This document shows positions 1 to 11,089 of a stretch of 39,364 bases of DNA, in pieces. The notes below the pieces were generated by a model, which saw only the letters and a program-made list of their open reading frames with translations, ran no database searches and was not told where the DNA came from. The translations under genes were made by a program, and so were the position numbers. Location of the stretch: contig NW_014569478.1 of the NCBI RefSeq assembly GCF_000743755.1, forward strand, positions 1 to 39,364. Reading direction: 5' to 3'. The DNA is from Blastocystis sp. subtype 4. Its lineage: Eukaryota. How positions within the stretch are numbered: position 1 is the stretch's first letter; the number at the start of each line of letters is the position of its first letter.

Positions 1-301
1 AGATGGAAGTGAGGGATATCTTGATTTCACTATTGGTTCTTCTGCTTCTGATTTGAAAATTGATGGTATTGAGATTATTGATCGTGAAAGTGATGATGGC
101 TGCACTGAGCCTTCACAAGCTCCACCAGAGGAAACCAATATTAATCTAATTCTCATTGTTATTCTGATTGTAGTTATTCTGGTTATCATCGTTATTATTG
201 TCTGTTGTTGTATATATAGAAGGAAGCGCGTGAGAAGGTTTAGAACCTTACCAATTAAGTCTACTCCTAATTCACATGGTGTTGAGTCTGTAACCGTATA
301 G
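1..301 (+). CDS. 3' end of a single-pass (type I-like) membrane protein, 5' partial
   Basis: Hydrophobic helix LILIVILIVVILVIIVIIVCCCIY followed by basic stop-transfer RRKRVRR. TAG at 299-301, with a TATTTGTT motif variant at 311-318. Confidence 0.7.
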   Translation, partial: DGSEGYLDFTIGSSASDLKIDGIEIIDRESDDGCTEPSQAPPEETNINLILIVILIVVILVIIVIIVCCCIYRRKRVRRFRTLPIKSTPNSHGVESVTV

Positions 302-336
302 CAACTACTATATTTGTTGTTCGATACAAACATAAT

Positions 337-2181
337 ATGACTTCTTTTTCGATTTAGGAATACAAAACTTTACAACACTCAAATCTGTTTCGTTATTCAC
401 TAGTTCCTCTTTAAAACGACTGAACAAATCCCCATTAAGCGATCCATTGGTCGCTTTCCGATATTCCATGAATCGTTTCCGTAATGATGAACTACATTCA
501 ATTTCACCTTCTAATCCTACTGAGGATGTGGCATATCAACTCCAAATCCATATGTCATTACAGAGAACTGATAACCTCGATATCGTAAGTGTTCAATCCA
601 TTGCACCTTGTTGAAAGCATAATTTACAAATCGCTCATCGAACGAAGGAAGGCTAGGAGATTTCCGAACTACGACATACGGTTCTTGTGTAAATCCCTTA
701 AAACATGTCACAGGAGTCAACAATTCACGATAATTTGCAGAATACCACTTAGCAAAAAAATAGTCATGAAGTTGATCATATGGACGAAAGCGGCTGCAGC
801 GACGTGAACGGATACACTGTAGCAACTTCAGTTTCGTTCCAGGGAATCGACGAATTGCTCTAGAAATCATGTGATACGATAAATCAAACCCTTGTGTACA
901 TGACTCAAATTGTACACATTTCGTTTGATGAATCTCAAAAGCTGGTACAATAATAGCCAGTTTTGGATCCTCTAAATACCTCTTTGGAAGGGAAATAATG
1001 GCTTCATACAGTCCATCTAATCTTAATGATACACATTTATAGAACCTGAAGGCCAAAGATCCATATCTGTTAACCAGAAATGATTTGTTTTTGTGTTTGC
1101 AATGGCAATGTTACGTAGTTTGTTAATCGGATAAGTGGAATTATCAGAAGCAATATACTCAACAATTGATAAACGCTTATCAAAATCACTTGCCGACAAC
1201 TTCTTTCGAAATTCATCCAGTTCATCTGCTACTATAAACATAGCGATGGACATAGGACTAGAATCATCAATCTTATTGTATCGTTACCCAGACCACTTAT
1301 CTAATAAGTAAGGCAGATAATAAAAACGAATAGGTCTGAACATCATGTAATGCAATCAACCTTACGTTCCCTGGCTTGTAAACGTCACATCCTCACCTTC
1401 AGTACGTGAGAATTGAGGCGTAGGAAACAATATAGGAGACTTGATAATCACTGTGGAAGGCCCCGAATGAGGAAGAATCACTCCTGGTTCTAACATGTAA
1501 TGATTGGAAGTGCGGTAGGTAGTGATGCGAGGTCGGCTCATTGGCGCGTGTACCAACGATTTAGCCCTATTCACTGTAACAATCTCCTTCTTCATCTGTT
1601 GATTTGCTTTAGTTGGAATGCTCGTGGAAGGAGTTTCGGTCTGTTGAGTTGGTTCCCTAGACACTATCACAGGCTGAGGCTCAGTTTGTATAATGGGTCT
1701 TAGAAAAGCCTCTGCAGGCGGAGCTATAGTCTCCTGAATCGACCCTGTAGATTCTTCTGATGGAGTCTCGGTCTGTGAAACAGTAGGAATGGCAGTTGGT
1801 GATCCAGTAATTGTGTTAAAAGAATTACCTCCGTGGTGTACTTGATGTTGATGTTTTGTTACAACTTGAAGCGAATTCAACTGTTCCATAGATGTACCGA
1901 TTTCTTCATCTGTAGACCTTTTATATCGGTCCGATACACCTCTTACATCTTTGTGTCCATTGCCTAGATACGAAACATCACTAGACAAGGTGAATCGAGG
2001 AAGAACAGTCTTCTATCCTTTATCTCACTAGTCAACAAATACGAGACTCCATATATTAGACCATACAAGATAGAAATTTACATATAATCTATGTGATACG
2101 AACAAACCACATATACAAGGAAAAGACAACAGCAAAAATAAAGAAATAAAAGACATAATGAATACGACGGGAATGGGCCAT
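337..2181 (-). CDS. GT49-family (LARGE/B4GAT1-like) glycosyltransferase, type II membrane protein, multi-exon
   Basis: ATG at 2181, N-terminal TM segment and Thr/Pro/Ser-rich stem (ORF 1362-1988). Catalytic motifs YPINKLRNIA, TDMD (DxD), AIIVPAFEI, EPYVVV, FDERFVNYAFNKVQ. About 30-nt GT-AG introns join the ORFs. It ends either at a poly(A)-made stop at 337 or at the genomic TAG at 308-310. Confidence 0.85.
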
Positions 2182-2231
2182 CACCAGAAAGAAAATGACA
2201 CTTCTAAAAACAAACAGTTCCACTAAAAGAA

Positions 2232-3302
2232 CTAATAGAGAGACAAAGACGAATCTGTATGAGGAGCGGGGGCCTGAAGCTTTTCCAAGTTCTTCGTCAC
2301 CAAATCATACAATAAAGCGTAATCATTCCGTAGACTCTGCAACGATAATTTGATGTTGAAGAACTGGGTCTCATCTACCTGTGATATGCATGAAGCATAG
2401 TCCATAATTGAAGGATTTGCTGCCATCTAGAATTCACATCCAAGCACATCACACACCTGCACAATGTAATTACCTCGAGTTGAATGATACGTCGAAATCA
2501 TATCGAGAATGTTGTAAGCCTCTTCCTCTATCTCAGAGATGGTATCAACACACTCCTCTTGAATCGCAACTCCAAAGTCATTCCCATCTTCCATTCTCGG
2601 GATTTTCAAAGTAATCCACATTTTGATGGAACTGCAGAGTATCACACATTCGCGAACTTCTTTCTTCATGAATTCAAGTATATCCACTAAATGCTACAAA
2701 TCAAACACCAGAAACATAAATACTGGATTGATAGGAATAGTACACTCCTGTGGGAATGGAATAGGCTGCTTGGACTTCTCCTTCTTTGGAGACTTCATAG
2801 AGTCCGATTTACTGCTCGAATGAGTCTCCTTTTCATGATCCTTGCTTGGAACATCCTCAGCCAGAGAGAGATGCTTTTGCTTTTTCCTCCAATCTTCAAA
2901 GGAAACATGTGTGGCCAGAACAAAACGCTTCAGTTCCTCTTCTTTCCGCTCCGCTTGATAGGCCAATACGTACTTGTCAACAGAAAGATTCTGTTGTATC
3001 TCCGAAAACGGTAGTTTGAGGAACGGTTGTGTCTACAAGAAATTGACAACAACAAAATCCACTTTCATATACTCCGTGAGCTCTAGAATCTTCTGAGGTA
3101 AACGTTCAAAAAACATCACTTCACCATCTCTCTCCATCTTCTTGTTGATCGATTTCACATCTCGATTGAGTTGAATAGTCTCATCAGATCCCAGAGACCG
3201 CTTTCTTTGTAGCTTTCGCTCTGGTGAGAACACAGCAAGGCTTAATTTCTCCTCCTCAATGCGTTTGCTCTTCTTTTCCTTTGACTTCGACTTAACCTTC
3301 AT
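2232..3302 (-). CDS. PSME3: Proteasome activator PA28/REG (11S) subunit, multi-exon
   Basis: Activation-loop region KMWITLKIPRMEDGNDFGVAIQEE and C-terminal LRNDYALLYDLVTKNLEKL. Four ORF fragments joined by short introns. TGTTTGTT at 2209-2216 (-). Confidence 0.9.
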
Positions 3303-3663
3303 AGAATCGATACGAACGGAGAATAAGTATCAAAAAGGAATTGTAAAATTCCCGTGGGAATCCTATTGATATCCAACAAAGCATTGAACCCGGCTTATTT
3401 CCTATTGAATGGGTCTATATAGGTAGTTAGAGAACAAGAAGAGGAAAACCACCAAAGTGAGGTTCATTGTCATTCAGAAAGACGATAAACAATAATCTGC
3501 TGACCGATGACAAGAAACCTGAACAACAAAGGATCTGTGTTTCTATTTCAGTGTCTTACAAAACAACTAGAATAAGTCGATTTACCTAGAACACAGTGTT
3601 TACGAATAGTGAGGATACGAATTAACACAATTAATCCAAAGAGAGCACAATCAACTTCAGTGT

Positions 3664-4902
3664 ATGTCGTTGACCCCAGATGAAAGCTTTAATTGGGTAT
3701 TGAATTCGTTGTGCGTCGGATTGTGTGTTTTGTGTGCTCTATTCAGCTCAGAAGTGTTTACATTTTCCTGGTATTTCTTGTAAATCAGTAATATTATTTG
3801 TTTTCTTGTGATGGTGATAGGATGGCTGGCTTTTTGCAGTATATCTACCCAAGTGATCCCAATGCAGTCTATAAGGTGTCGTCCATTTGCGCCGAATGGG
3901 GGTTGGTGTCAGCATTTAGATTTGAGTTCTAGATCGGTTGGTGTTCTCATTGCTTCTTTCCTACGTGAATTGATTAACAATTATGTCTACGGAGGTTTTG
4001 ATTCAACCTTATGCAGCGACGAAAAGATTAAGGTAGGAAAAAGAGTTAGAGTTGAATGTAGGCTTTCGATAGCACATGTACTGCGTATATTCTTGGAAGA
4101 AGGGCTAGCTCTGCTTTCTGGAACCAGGTATCGCATTTGATTGGTAGGACTTGGAATCTAGACTGACTTGTAGTTATGCTTTTCGGTCTTGTTACCTGCC
4201 TTCCCTTCTTTGTATCTGTTGGGTTGGAATTGTCATGTATAGGCTATGGAAGATTTGTTTAGTGGATTCGAAGGAGCAGGCATGATGCGTGATTGCTTGC
4301 TTCTGGGAACTGTAATGGAGATTATGGATTCTGCCTTTAAGGTGGGTGTCCGTTCTTCCTCTGGAATCATTTCTACTATTTTCAGACCTAACACTGATAA
4401 GAAAATTGATCCTTATCCTTCATTCATCATGGGAGCCGGTATTCTGAATAGTTCGTTAACTTGGGTTACCTTCCTTCGTGATGCTGTGTTGGCTTTTGGA
4501 GTGTATCTTACTTGCATTTACGATCATGAGGTTCAGGCTATTGGTGGTACATGGCAAATTGTTGGTTGGGCTACTGTTTTCTGTGGAGTTCTGAACACTG
4601 TCATGGAATTCTTGAAGGTTATTAACTTTGGCTTCTTCGATGACAAGTCAAACTTCACTTACTATGTGTTCCAACTGGTCTTTACTGTCTGGCTTTTCAT
4701 CTTTGGTATGCACTGCAAGTCCTTGGTGAGTGGTGAGGAGAAGGGTATGTTGGATGGTGATGCTTCTTCTGGTTCGGATGTTAGTGATGGTGAGGCTCCT
4801 ATTGCTTCTGCTCCTAAGGAAGAGTCTTCCGAAGAGGAGGCTCCTAAGAAGCATAGAAGACATCGTAAGACTAAGGAGGTTTCATCGGATGATGATGTTT
4901 AA
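3664..4902 (+). CDS. Hypothetical multi-pass membrane protein with acidic/basic C-terminal tail
   Basis: ATG at 3664, several hydrophobic segments in ORF 4246-4902, short introns upstream. TAA at 4900-4902 and TGTTTGTT at 4914-4921. The 5' exon structure is uncertain. Confidence 0.6.
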
Positions 4903-4940
4903 TTGAATTATTCTGTTTGTTGGTGTGACATGATTGCTGA

Positions 4941-4948
4941 AACAAACA
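4941..4948 (-). promoter_or_regulatory. TGTTTGTT polyadenylation-positioning motif (RNPS1 3' end)
   Basis: Exact motif separated by 4 nt from an in-frame T. The same motif occurs after many genes: 2209, 4914, 8125, 14775, 18252, 19678, 20573, 22209, 24373, 25953, 27282, 28609, 29481, 37184. Confidence 0.85.
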
Positions 4949-4952
4949 ATCG

Positions 4953-5652
4953 ATCTTCTTCGACGATAGGAGTTTGAATGGGAACGAGAACGACTCGATC
5001 GACTATAACTACGGGAAGGGCTGTAACTGCGAGAACCACTATAGCTTCGCGAGCGACTGTAACTACGCGAAGGACTATAGCTCCGACTATAAGAGCTGTA
5101 ACTCCGTGATGAACGAGAACGGGAATGAGAACGTCTGGAACGGGAGCGACTGGAACGAGAGCGAGAACGAGAGCGACTGGAACTGAGTGAACTGGAACGT
5201 CTGCGCTCAGGACTCTTACGACGAAGAAGAGGTTTCTTAGGAGCCGCAGCACGTACAGGCCTACAAATAAACTATTATTTGATTTCAGACTCAGCATATA
5301 TTTCTACAATGACAGAGAGTCCTAAACATCAACACTACAAGACAAACACACCATCAATGAATCCCTTGTTCATTCCATCAACACATTTCTTTGCATCCTC
5401 TTCGGATTCCATAGTTAGAATAGCTATCCCCTTTGAAAGATGAGTATTTGGACGATACTCAATCGATACTTCTTGGACATGCCCAAAGCAGTTGAAAATC
5501 TCCTTCAGATGCTCTTCGTTGACATTCCTAACCAACTCACGTTTCACAGCTAATAGTACGGAGAGAGATTCTTTACTACAATCTTCTTGCCTGTAATAGG
5601 TTTTTCGACTGATCTATCACTCAATAAATGCAGAAATAATCATACTTGCCAT
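4953..5652 (-). CDS. RNPS1: RNPS1/SR45-like RRM plus RS-domain splicing/EJC-associated factor
   Basis: RRM LVRNVNEEHLKEIFNCFG...HLSKGIA...MNKGFIDG. After 30-nt introns comes an Arg/Ser-rich exon (SRSRSRS, SRSYSPSRSYS). The frame ends AGA AGA T|CGAT TGTTTGTT, so the stop is predicted to be made by polyadenylation. Confidence 0.85.
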
Positions 5653-5930
5653 TATCTCTTCTATCACGATTGCCACTTCGATTTTTGCTTCTAGATGATT
5701 AAACAGACAAGGAAACTGCAATACCCCGAGTTTCTATCTGTAGATAACGATCTGCTTCGGGATCCACTATCTAGATTTCACTAAATGGAATCTGAGCTAT
5801 ACATGACGATGAACGACTTCTTGAGTGAGATATGGCCATCGAATCAAACGAATAGCACACAATAGGAATTCGAAACTCCGCCAAAACTGTTGAAGAACCG
5901 TGGAATGACTCCTTTGGTTTTCAGAAGAAG

Positions 5931-8122
5931 ATGGAACAGTATTTGAATCCCCAAAACATCGAAGATTACAACAAGAAGGAGTTCTGGGAAGATGCATTTC
6001 AGAAATACAAAGCCAATTATGATTGGTATGGCAAATATGATGATTTCCAAACGTACTTTGCACAGTACATCAAGAAGTCAGACAGAATTCTAATGGTTGG
6101 ATGTGGTAATAGTACACTCGGCGAAAAACTGTTGGAATCACAAATATGTATTATAGTTAGATATGACCATGGCTATCATAATGTTTTGTGTGTTGATTAC
6201 AGTGAGTCAGTCATTGCAACGATGAACAAAAGAAAGGGAGGAAGAAAGACGTTGATTTATCAAGTCATGGATGCAACTAACATGACGTTTGCTGATGAGG
6301 AGTTTGATGTGGTTATTGATAAGGTAGATAGTCTCTGAAAGACTCTTATATTAGGCATGCTTAGATGCTATTTATGCAGAAGATAATGAAAAATGCAAAT
6401 CGGATGCCACTCAATACCTGAAAGAGACAATTCGCGTTCTTCGTCCTAGTGGTTATCTTATCACAGTATCCATGTCTCAGGATTTCATTTGTCGTCTTTT
6501 CCATAGTATTCATTAGAGTAGTGTAATAATCGCACAGCTGTTTTTCATTCGTTTTCCACTGACGTTTATCTCCTTCCTCAGCCTGTAAATACTCTTCTAA
6601 CCAACCCTCTCTTCCTCTATGTGACTGCCAAAGCGGAGACAAAGAAACATTTCTGTTTCCATTTCGGTACTACGGATGGTTTTCTGTTGGGATTCGTGTT
6701 AAGACTGACTTCTAGACGTGATACATCGGATTTCACTTCTGGACAAATTCCTGATGTCTCGTCTCCAGATGCATTTGCTTCGGTGATGACAGAAACGAGA
6801 CACTATTTCTTAGGACGAAATGCTTTAAGAACTATTGCTGTCTCTTCATCTTCAAGTGTTCTTTCCATGACTCTCTCCTTGGGTACTGATAGTGAACACA
6901 TGGTAAAAATCGAAGGATATTTTGACATCCAGAATAAGTACCGTTTTGATATCTGGGATCATCCGTGTTCAAACAAGCAACAGCCAGTTACGTGTGCTCT
7001 TGTTGTTCCTGTTGGCAATGAACAGTCCCTGACCTTCACTACAGCAGTAAGCATTCATCAGTTGTTGGAGAGTATTCCAAGTGATCGAATGATTGTAATA
7101 ACACGTATGAATGGAATGAAGAATCGATCGATCTCTGATGAGGAAGTGAAGAAAGATTGTTCTTCAATTCTATCGTGTATGGTTCCAGTCAATGGTAAAC
7201 CCACAATTACAATATATTCACCTCCAGCAGAAGTTTCACAAGCGTAACATTGAAATGTGATTCTTCCTATTAGTTGCGAGATTGCTTCTGGAACTACAGC
7301 CTGTGGTGATGGATATGTCATTCAAGATGTGAAGAGTGAAGAAAGACGAGGTACACGACAGTTGGTATTTACAAGCAATTTGCGTGCTGTTCAATCAGAG
7401 ATAGGTTACCATATAGTCGGAACAAAGAAAAGGAAGAAGATTTTTGAATTTGAGTATGAAATGAGACTTGTTTATATTGTAGTTCCTTATTCTTCTCAAT
7501 TCATCAGTTAATGGCAACAGCACTTCTTCATTGTCCTCCTTTGACTCCTTCTCCTTCATTGTTGGTACTTGGATTAGGAGGTGGATGTCTTCCTTCATTC
7601 CTTCATACTCAGTTGCCTGAAGCTTCTATTACAGCTGTTGATATCGACAATACAATTATTGATATTGCTCATCAATACTTTAAATTAGACACTCACATCA
7701 AGACAATTGCATGTGATGGAGTGAAATATGTGAAAGATCTCGAAATGAAGAATGAGACTGTTGACTATCTGTTTGTAGATATTGATAGTAAGGATACACA
7801 TGGAAATGTCTCATTTCCTCCAATGGATTTCTTGACGGTCTAAATGAAAGATTGAAATGAGTTATAGAAAGCGTTCTTACAGAGTGTTAAGCATGTGGTA
7901 GGAGAGGAAGGAGTTGTGGTATATAATGTTTGCACACGTTCATTATCAATGTATGCTGTGTTCAAGAAACAGTTTGAAGGAGTCTTTAAGCATGTGTATA
8001 TGGAGGAATCAAAGGATGTGAATCGTGTTTTGATTGCTTCAAATCGACCCATTTTGGAAGGAGAGGCAATGGAGCAAGGACGTAAGGAATGGACGAAGAA
8101 CTATATGAAAAGTTCGAAATAG
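5931..8122 (+). CDS. METTL13: eEF1A lysine and N-terminal dual methyltransferase (METTL13-like), multi-exon
   Basis: N-terminal MTase: EFWEDAF, YDWYG, ILMVGCGNS, VMDATNMTF, FDVVIDK. C-terminal spermidine-synthase-like MTase: LLVLGLGGGCLPSFL, AVDID, LFVDIDSKD. Linker contains RQLVFTSNLRAVQSE. Confidence 0.9.
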
Positions 8123-8155
8123 CTTGTTTGTTGGAAATAAGTTGCCATACATTGA

Positions 8156-11023
8156 ATGAGTTATACTGTAGAAGTAATAATTGAATGAATAGCTGACAGA
8201 ATAGCTAACTTCGAGAGGTGATTGTGTTAAGGTATCAACTCTTGGAGGAAAGGGATACAACCTCCTTGTTTTGGCTCAAGGAGGTTTTATAGTTCCTAGT
8301 GCATTCATTGTAATACAAGATGCATTTTGGGAGTTCCGACAAGAACTCGGATTTGACTTCTCTACACAGCAGGATTTGCCTATTTCAGATGATACAATTG
8401 ACTATATCCGTAATCTTGTGGACAACCATGAGTTGAAAGAAGAGTTGGTAGCCGAAATCAATACCCGATTGCATGACTTACGGAATCAGAGTCCAATTGC
8501 ACACCCTCTATTGGCTGTACGATCAAGTGGCGTTGCTGAAGATCTGGATAATGCTAGTTTTGCTGGAATGAATGAAACTGTATTGAATGTAGAATGTGAC
8601 TGTTCCTCAGTATGTCATGCTGTCAAAGAGTGTTGGAAATCCTTATTTACGCGTCGTTCAATCGAGTATCGTGTCAAAAATGGCTTTCCTGCTTTCGATA
8701 CATCAATTGCTGTAATTGTCCAAGTAATGATTCCTTCTGAAGTGGCAGGTGTTGTTTTTACTGTTGATCCACATACAAGTTCACGCGCTCATTTGGCACT
8801 GGATGGAGTACAAGGAATTGGTGAAGCTCTTGTGAGTGGAATGGTGGTTTCGGATCATTGGACTATTCGAAAGCCCTACGGCGATTATGATTTCTTTGTG
8901 GAGGAGGCCATTATCAATCAACAGGAATTCAAATTGCAGTCAAACTATCCCAAAGAAGGTACTTCGAAGATTATCCTTTCAGAAGAAGAGGGAGGCAAGC
9001 CTAGCTTTACTCCAGATCAAGTAAGCATTGATATTGTAATTCATTTGAAGATTGATCACATTGTGAGGAGTGCGATAGAGATTGAGAAGTATTACCAAAA
9101 ACCTATGGACATTGAGTTTTCCATTTATTGTAATGAATTGTATATCCTTCAGGCTCGTCCAATAACTCATCTTCTGACTATTCCTAATTGTAGGTTTCTT
9201 TAGTTTGACTCATAGTTAGGTATTAACCCACTGATTCACCCCTATAATAATGAATGGTCTGTGTTTCTAAATATGGGTTATTTCCAAATGTTGACAGATC
9301 CTATTTCTCCCGCTGGATATTCGTATATCAAATATCTCACTGGAGTGAGTGAACGATATCTGATTCATGTAAATGGATATGTCTTTATCAATGTTGCTAC
9401 TATCTTACAGTCAAAGTGTGTTCGTAAACTCCTTTTCCGTTATTTCGCTCTTTGAAGTTTAATACATAGGATTTTGGCGAACTGGGATCGAAGAAGAAGT
9501 AGTGAACATATTTGAGGAAATCTACAAGAATGATTACAAGAAATTTGACCATATTGTCTCAAAGAAAGGGAAAAAGAGTATTTATCAGCAGGTACTCTAT
9601 CCTCTGTTGAAATCACATATAAAACTAAAGTTTGAGAAACCGTCTGCAGAAATAGTTAGAGATCGTCTCCAAAAGAGTTTTGATGCTTTAATTTCTGTGG
9701 CCGACTCTATGCAGACAGTTCTCGATCAGGATCCTGCAAACGTGAAGCTAATTCATATTCTTTGTGTTCCTTTTGATCCTTTGCATTTTCTCATGGATTA
9801 CAAACCATTGCTGAATTATTGTCTGTCAGCAGTTCAAACTATCAAACGACTTCTCAAAAAGGCAGGAATTGATGAAGTAGAAGCAGAACGATTGTGGTCC
9901 AATCCAAAAGAGAATCTTGTGAAACAGCAGAATGATCTTCTGATTGCTATAGGTCAGAGTCTCTTACAACTTCCATCTCATGAAACCCTTCAAGTAGGAT
10001 TAGTCTGAGTGCATTTATTCATAGAAGTCAGTCGAAGCAAATGATCAACAATCCGTCCAGCTGTGGCTTCAGACCACTCTCTCAGCAACTGACTCCATCT
10101 CCCAAACATTTCAGAGAGTCTGGCATGAATTCATGAAAGCCTTTGGTTGTCGATGCCATGGTGAGATTGATCTGAGTTCACCTCGTTGGGAAGAGACTCC
10201 AATCGAAGTATTACGGATGGCATTCCAACTGGCTAACGAACCAATTGTGACTGAAGAGACCAGTATTGAGCAGCGGACAACAGCATGGGAGACGATGCGA
10301 GTAAAGTTGTCACCAAGGACGAGACGAAAGATTGAACACATGTTACCTGTGGCTACGATTTATCTCAGTTATCGGGAACACCATAAATATGGACTAATTC
10401 GTATCTTCAATGTGATTCATCATGTATTGAAACGAATGGGAGAGAAATTGGAATCCCTGGATTTGATCGATCATTCTAATGATGTGTTCTGTCTTCAATT
10501 GGAAGACTTGTTGTGGTGGGAAGAGGGTCGAAGTGATGGGAAAGATTTCAGAGATATGGTGCAGGTTAGTCGAGCAGCTCAAGAACGGATATCATTGGAT
10601 GAATTACCTCGTCTGATTGTTGGTCCTGAGTGTAAGATGTGTTTGTTGTCTCGCCAAACGCGAGAGAGTTTGAAGAACTTACCTCCTACAATGATGAGAG
10701 GAATGCCTACATCGCCTGGAGTGGTTGAGGGAGTGGCTGTAGTGGCAACGGATCCAGCCACAACTGTTGTTCGACGGGGTGATATCTTGATAGCCAGAGC
10801 GACCGATCCTGGTTGGACACCGTTGTTCGTGCCTGCAGGAGGAGTGGCCATTGAGATTGGATGTCCTTTGAATCATGGGAGTGTTGTGGCGAAGGAACTA
10901 GGGATCCCATGTGTAGTAGGGATAGTGGGATTGATGAAGAAGGTGAAAAGTGGAATGAGGATACGTATTGATGGAAATCGAGGAATAATTGAAATCCTTA
11001 GTGAAAATATAGCTGTGACTTAA
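8156..11023 (+). CDS. Rifamycin phosphotransferase (RPH)-like PEP-synthase/PPDK-family kinase, about 904 aa, 5 introns
   Basis: ATP-grasp motifs GGKG, AVRSSGVAED..ASFAG, AVIVQVMI, GIGEALVSG, DIEF..YILQARPIT. Central domain FQMLTDPISP, FGCRCHGEIDLSSPRWEE, YREHHKY. C-terminal His-swivel TDPGWTPLF..EIGCPLNHGSVVAKELGIP. Removing introns 8174-8204, 9021-9050, 9190-9219, 9439-9469 and 9994-10024 gives one continuous frame. Confidence 0.88.
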
Positions 11024-11089
11024 TTGATGTTTGTGTAAATCTATGTGGATGACTTGATCGATTCAAGGTAGAAGGGAGTGACATAAGTA

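Noticed and set aside
4908..5297. Hydrophobic 129-aa ORF, NEN/DYN-rich + strand ORF, or a CRISPR-like repeat
   Set aside because: These are alternative frames and antisense of the RNPS1 RS-domain codon repeats; there are no unique spacers or cas genes.
9143..9150. ATATCCTT, a possible U12 AT-AC 5' splice site
   Set aside because: It lies within the conserved coding motif YILQARPIT of the ATP-grasp domain.
8156..11023. Annotation as ordinary PEP synthase or pyruvate phosphate dikinase
   Set aside because: The His-swivel domain is C-terminal and there is no PEP/pyruvate-binding barrel; the central motifs are RPH-like.
8156..11023. Bacterial contamination or misassembly as the source of the RPH-like gene
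   Set aside because: Five host-type 30-31-nt introns, a TGTTTGTG 3' motif and tight contiguity with eukaryotic genes.
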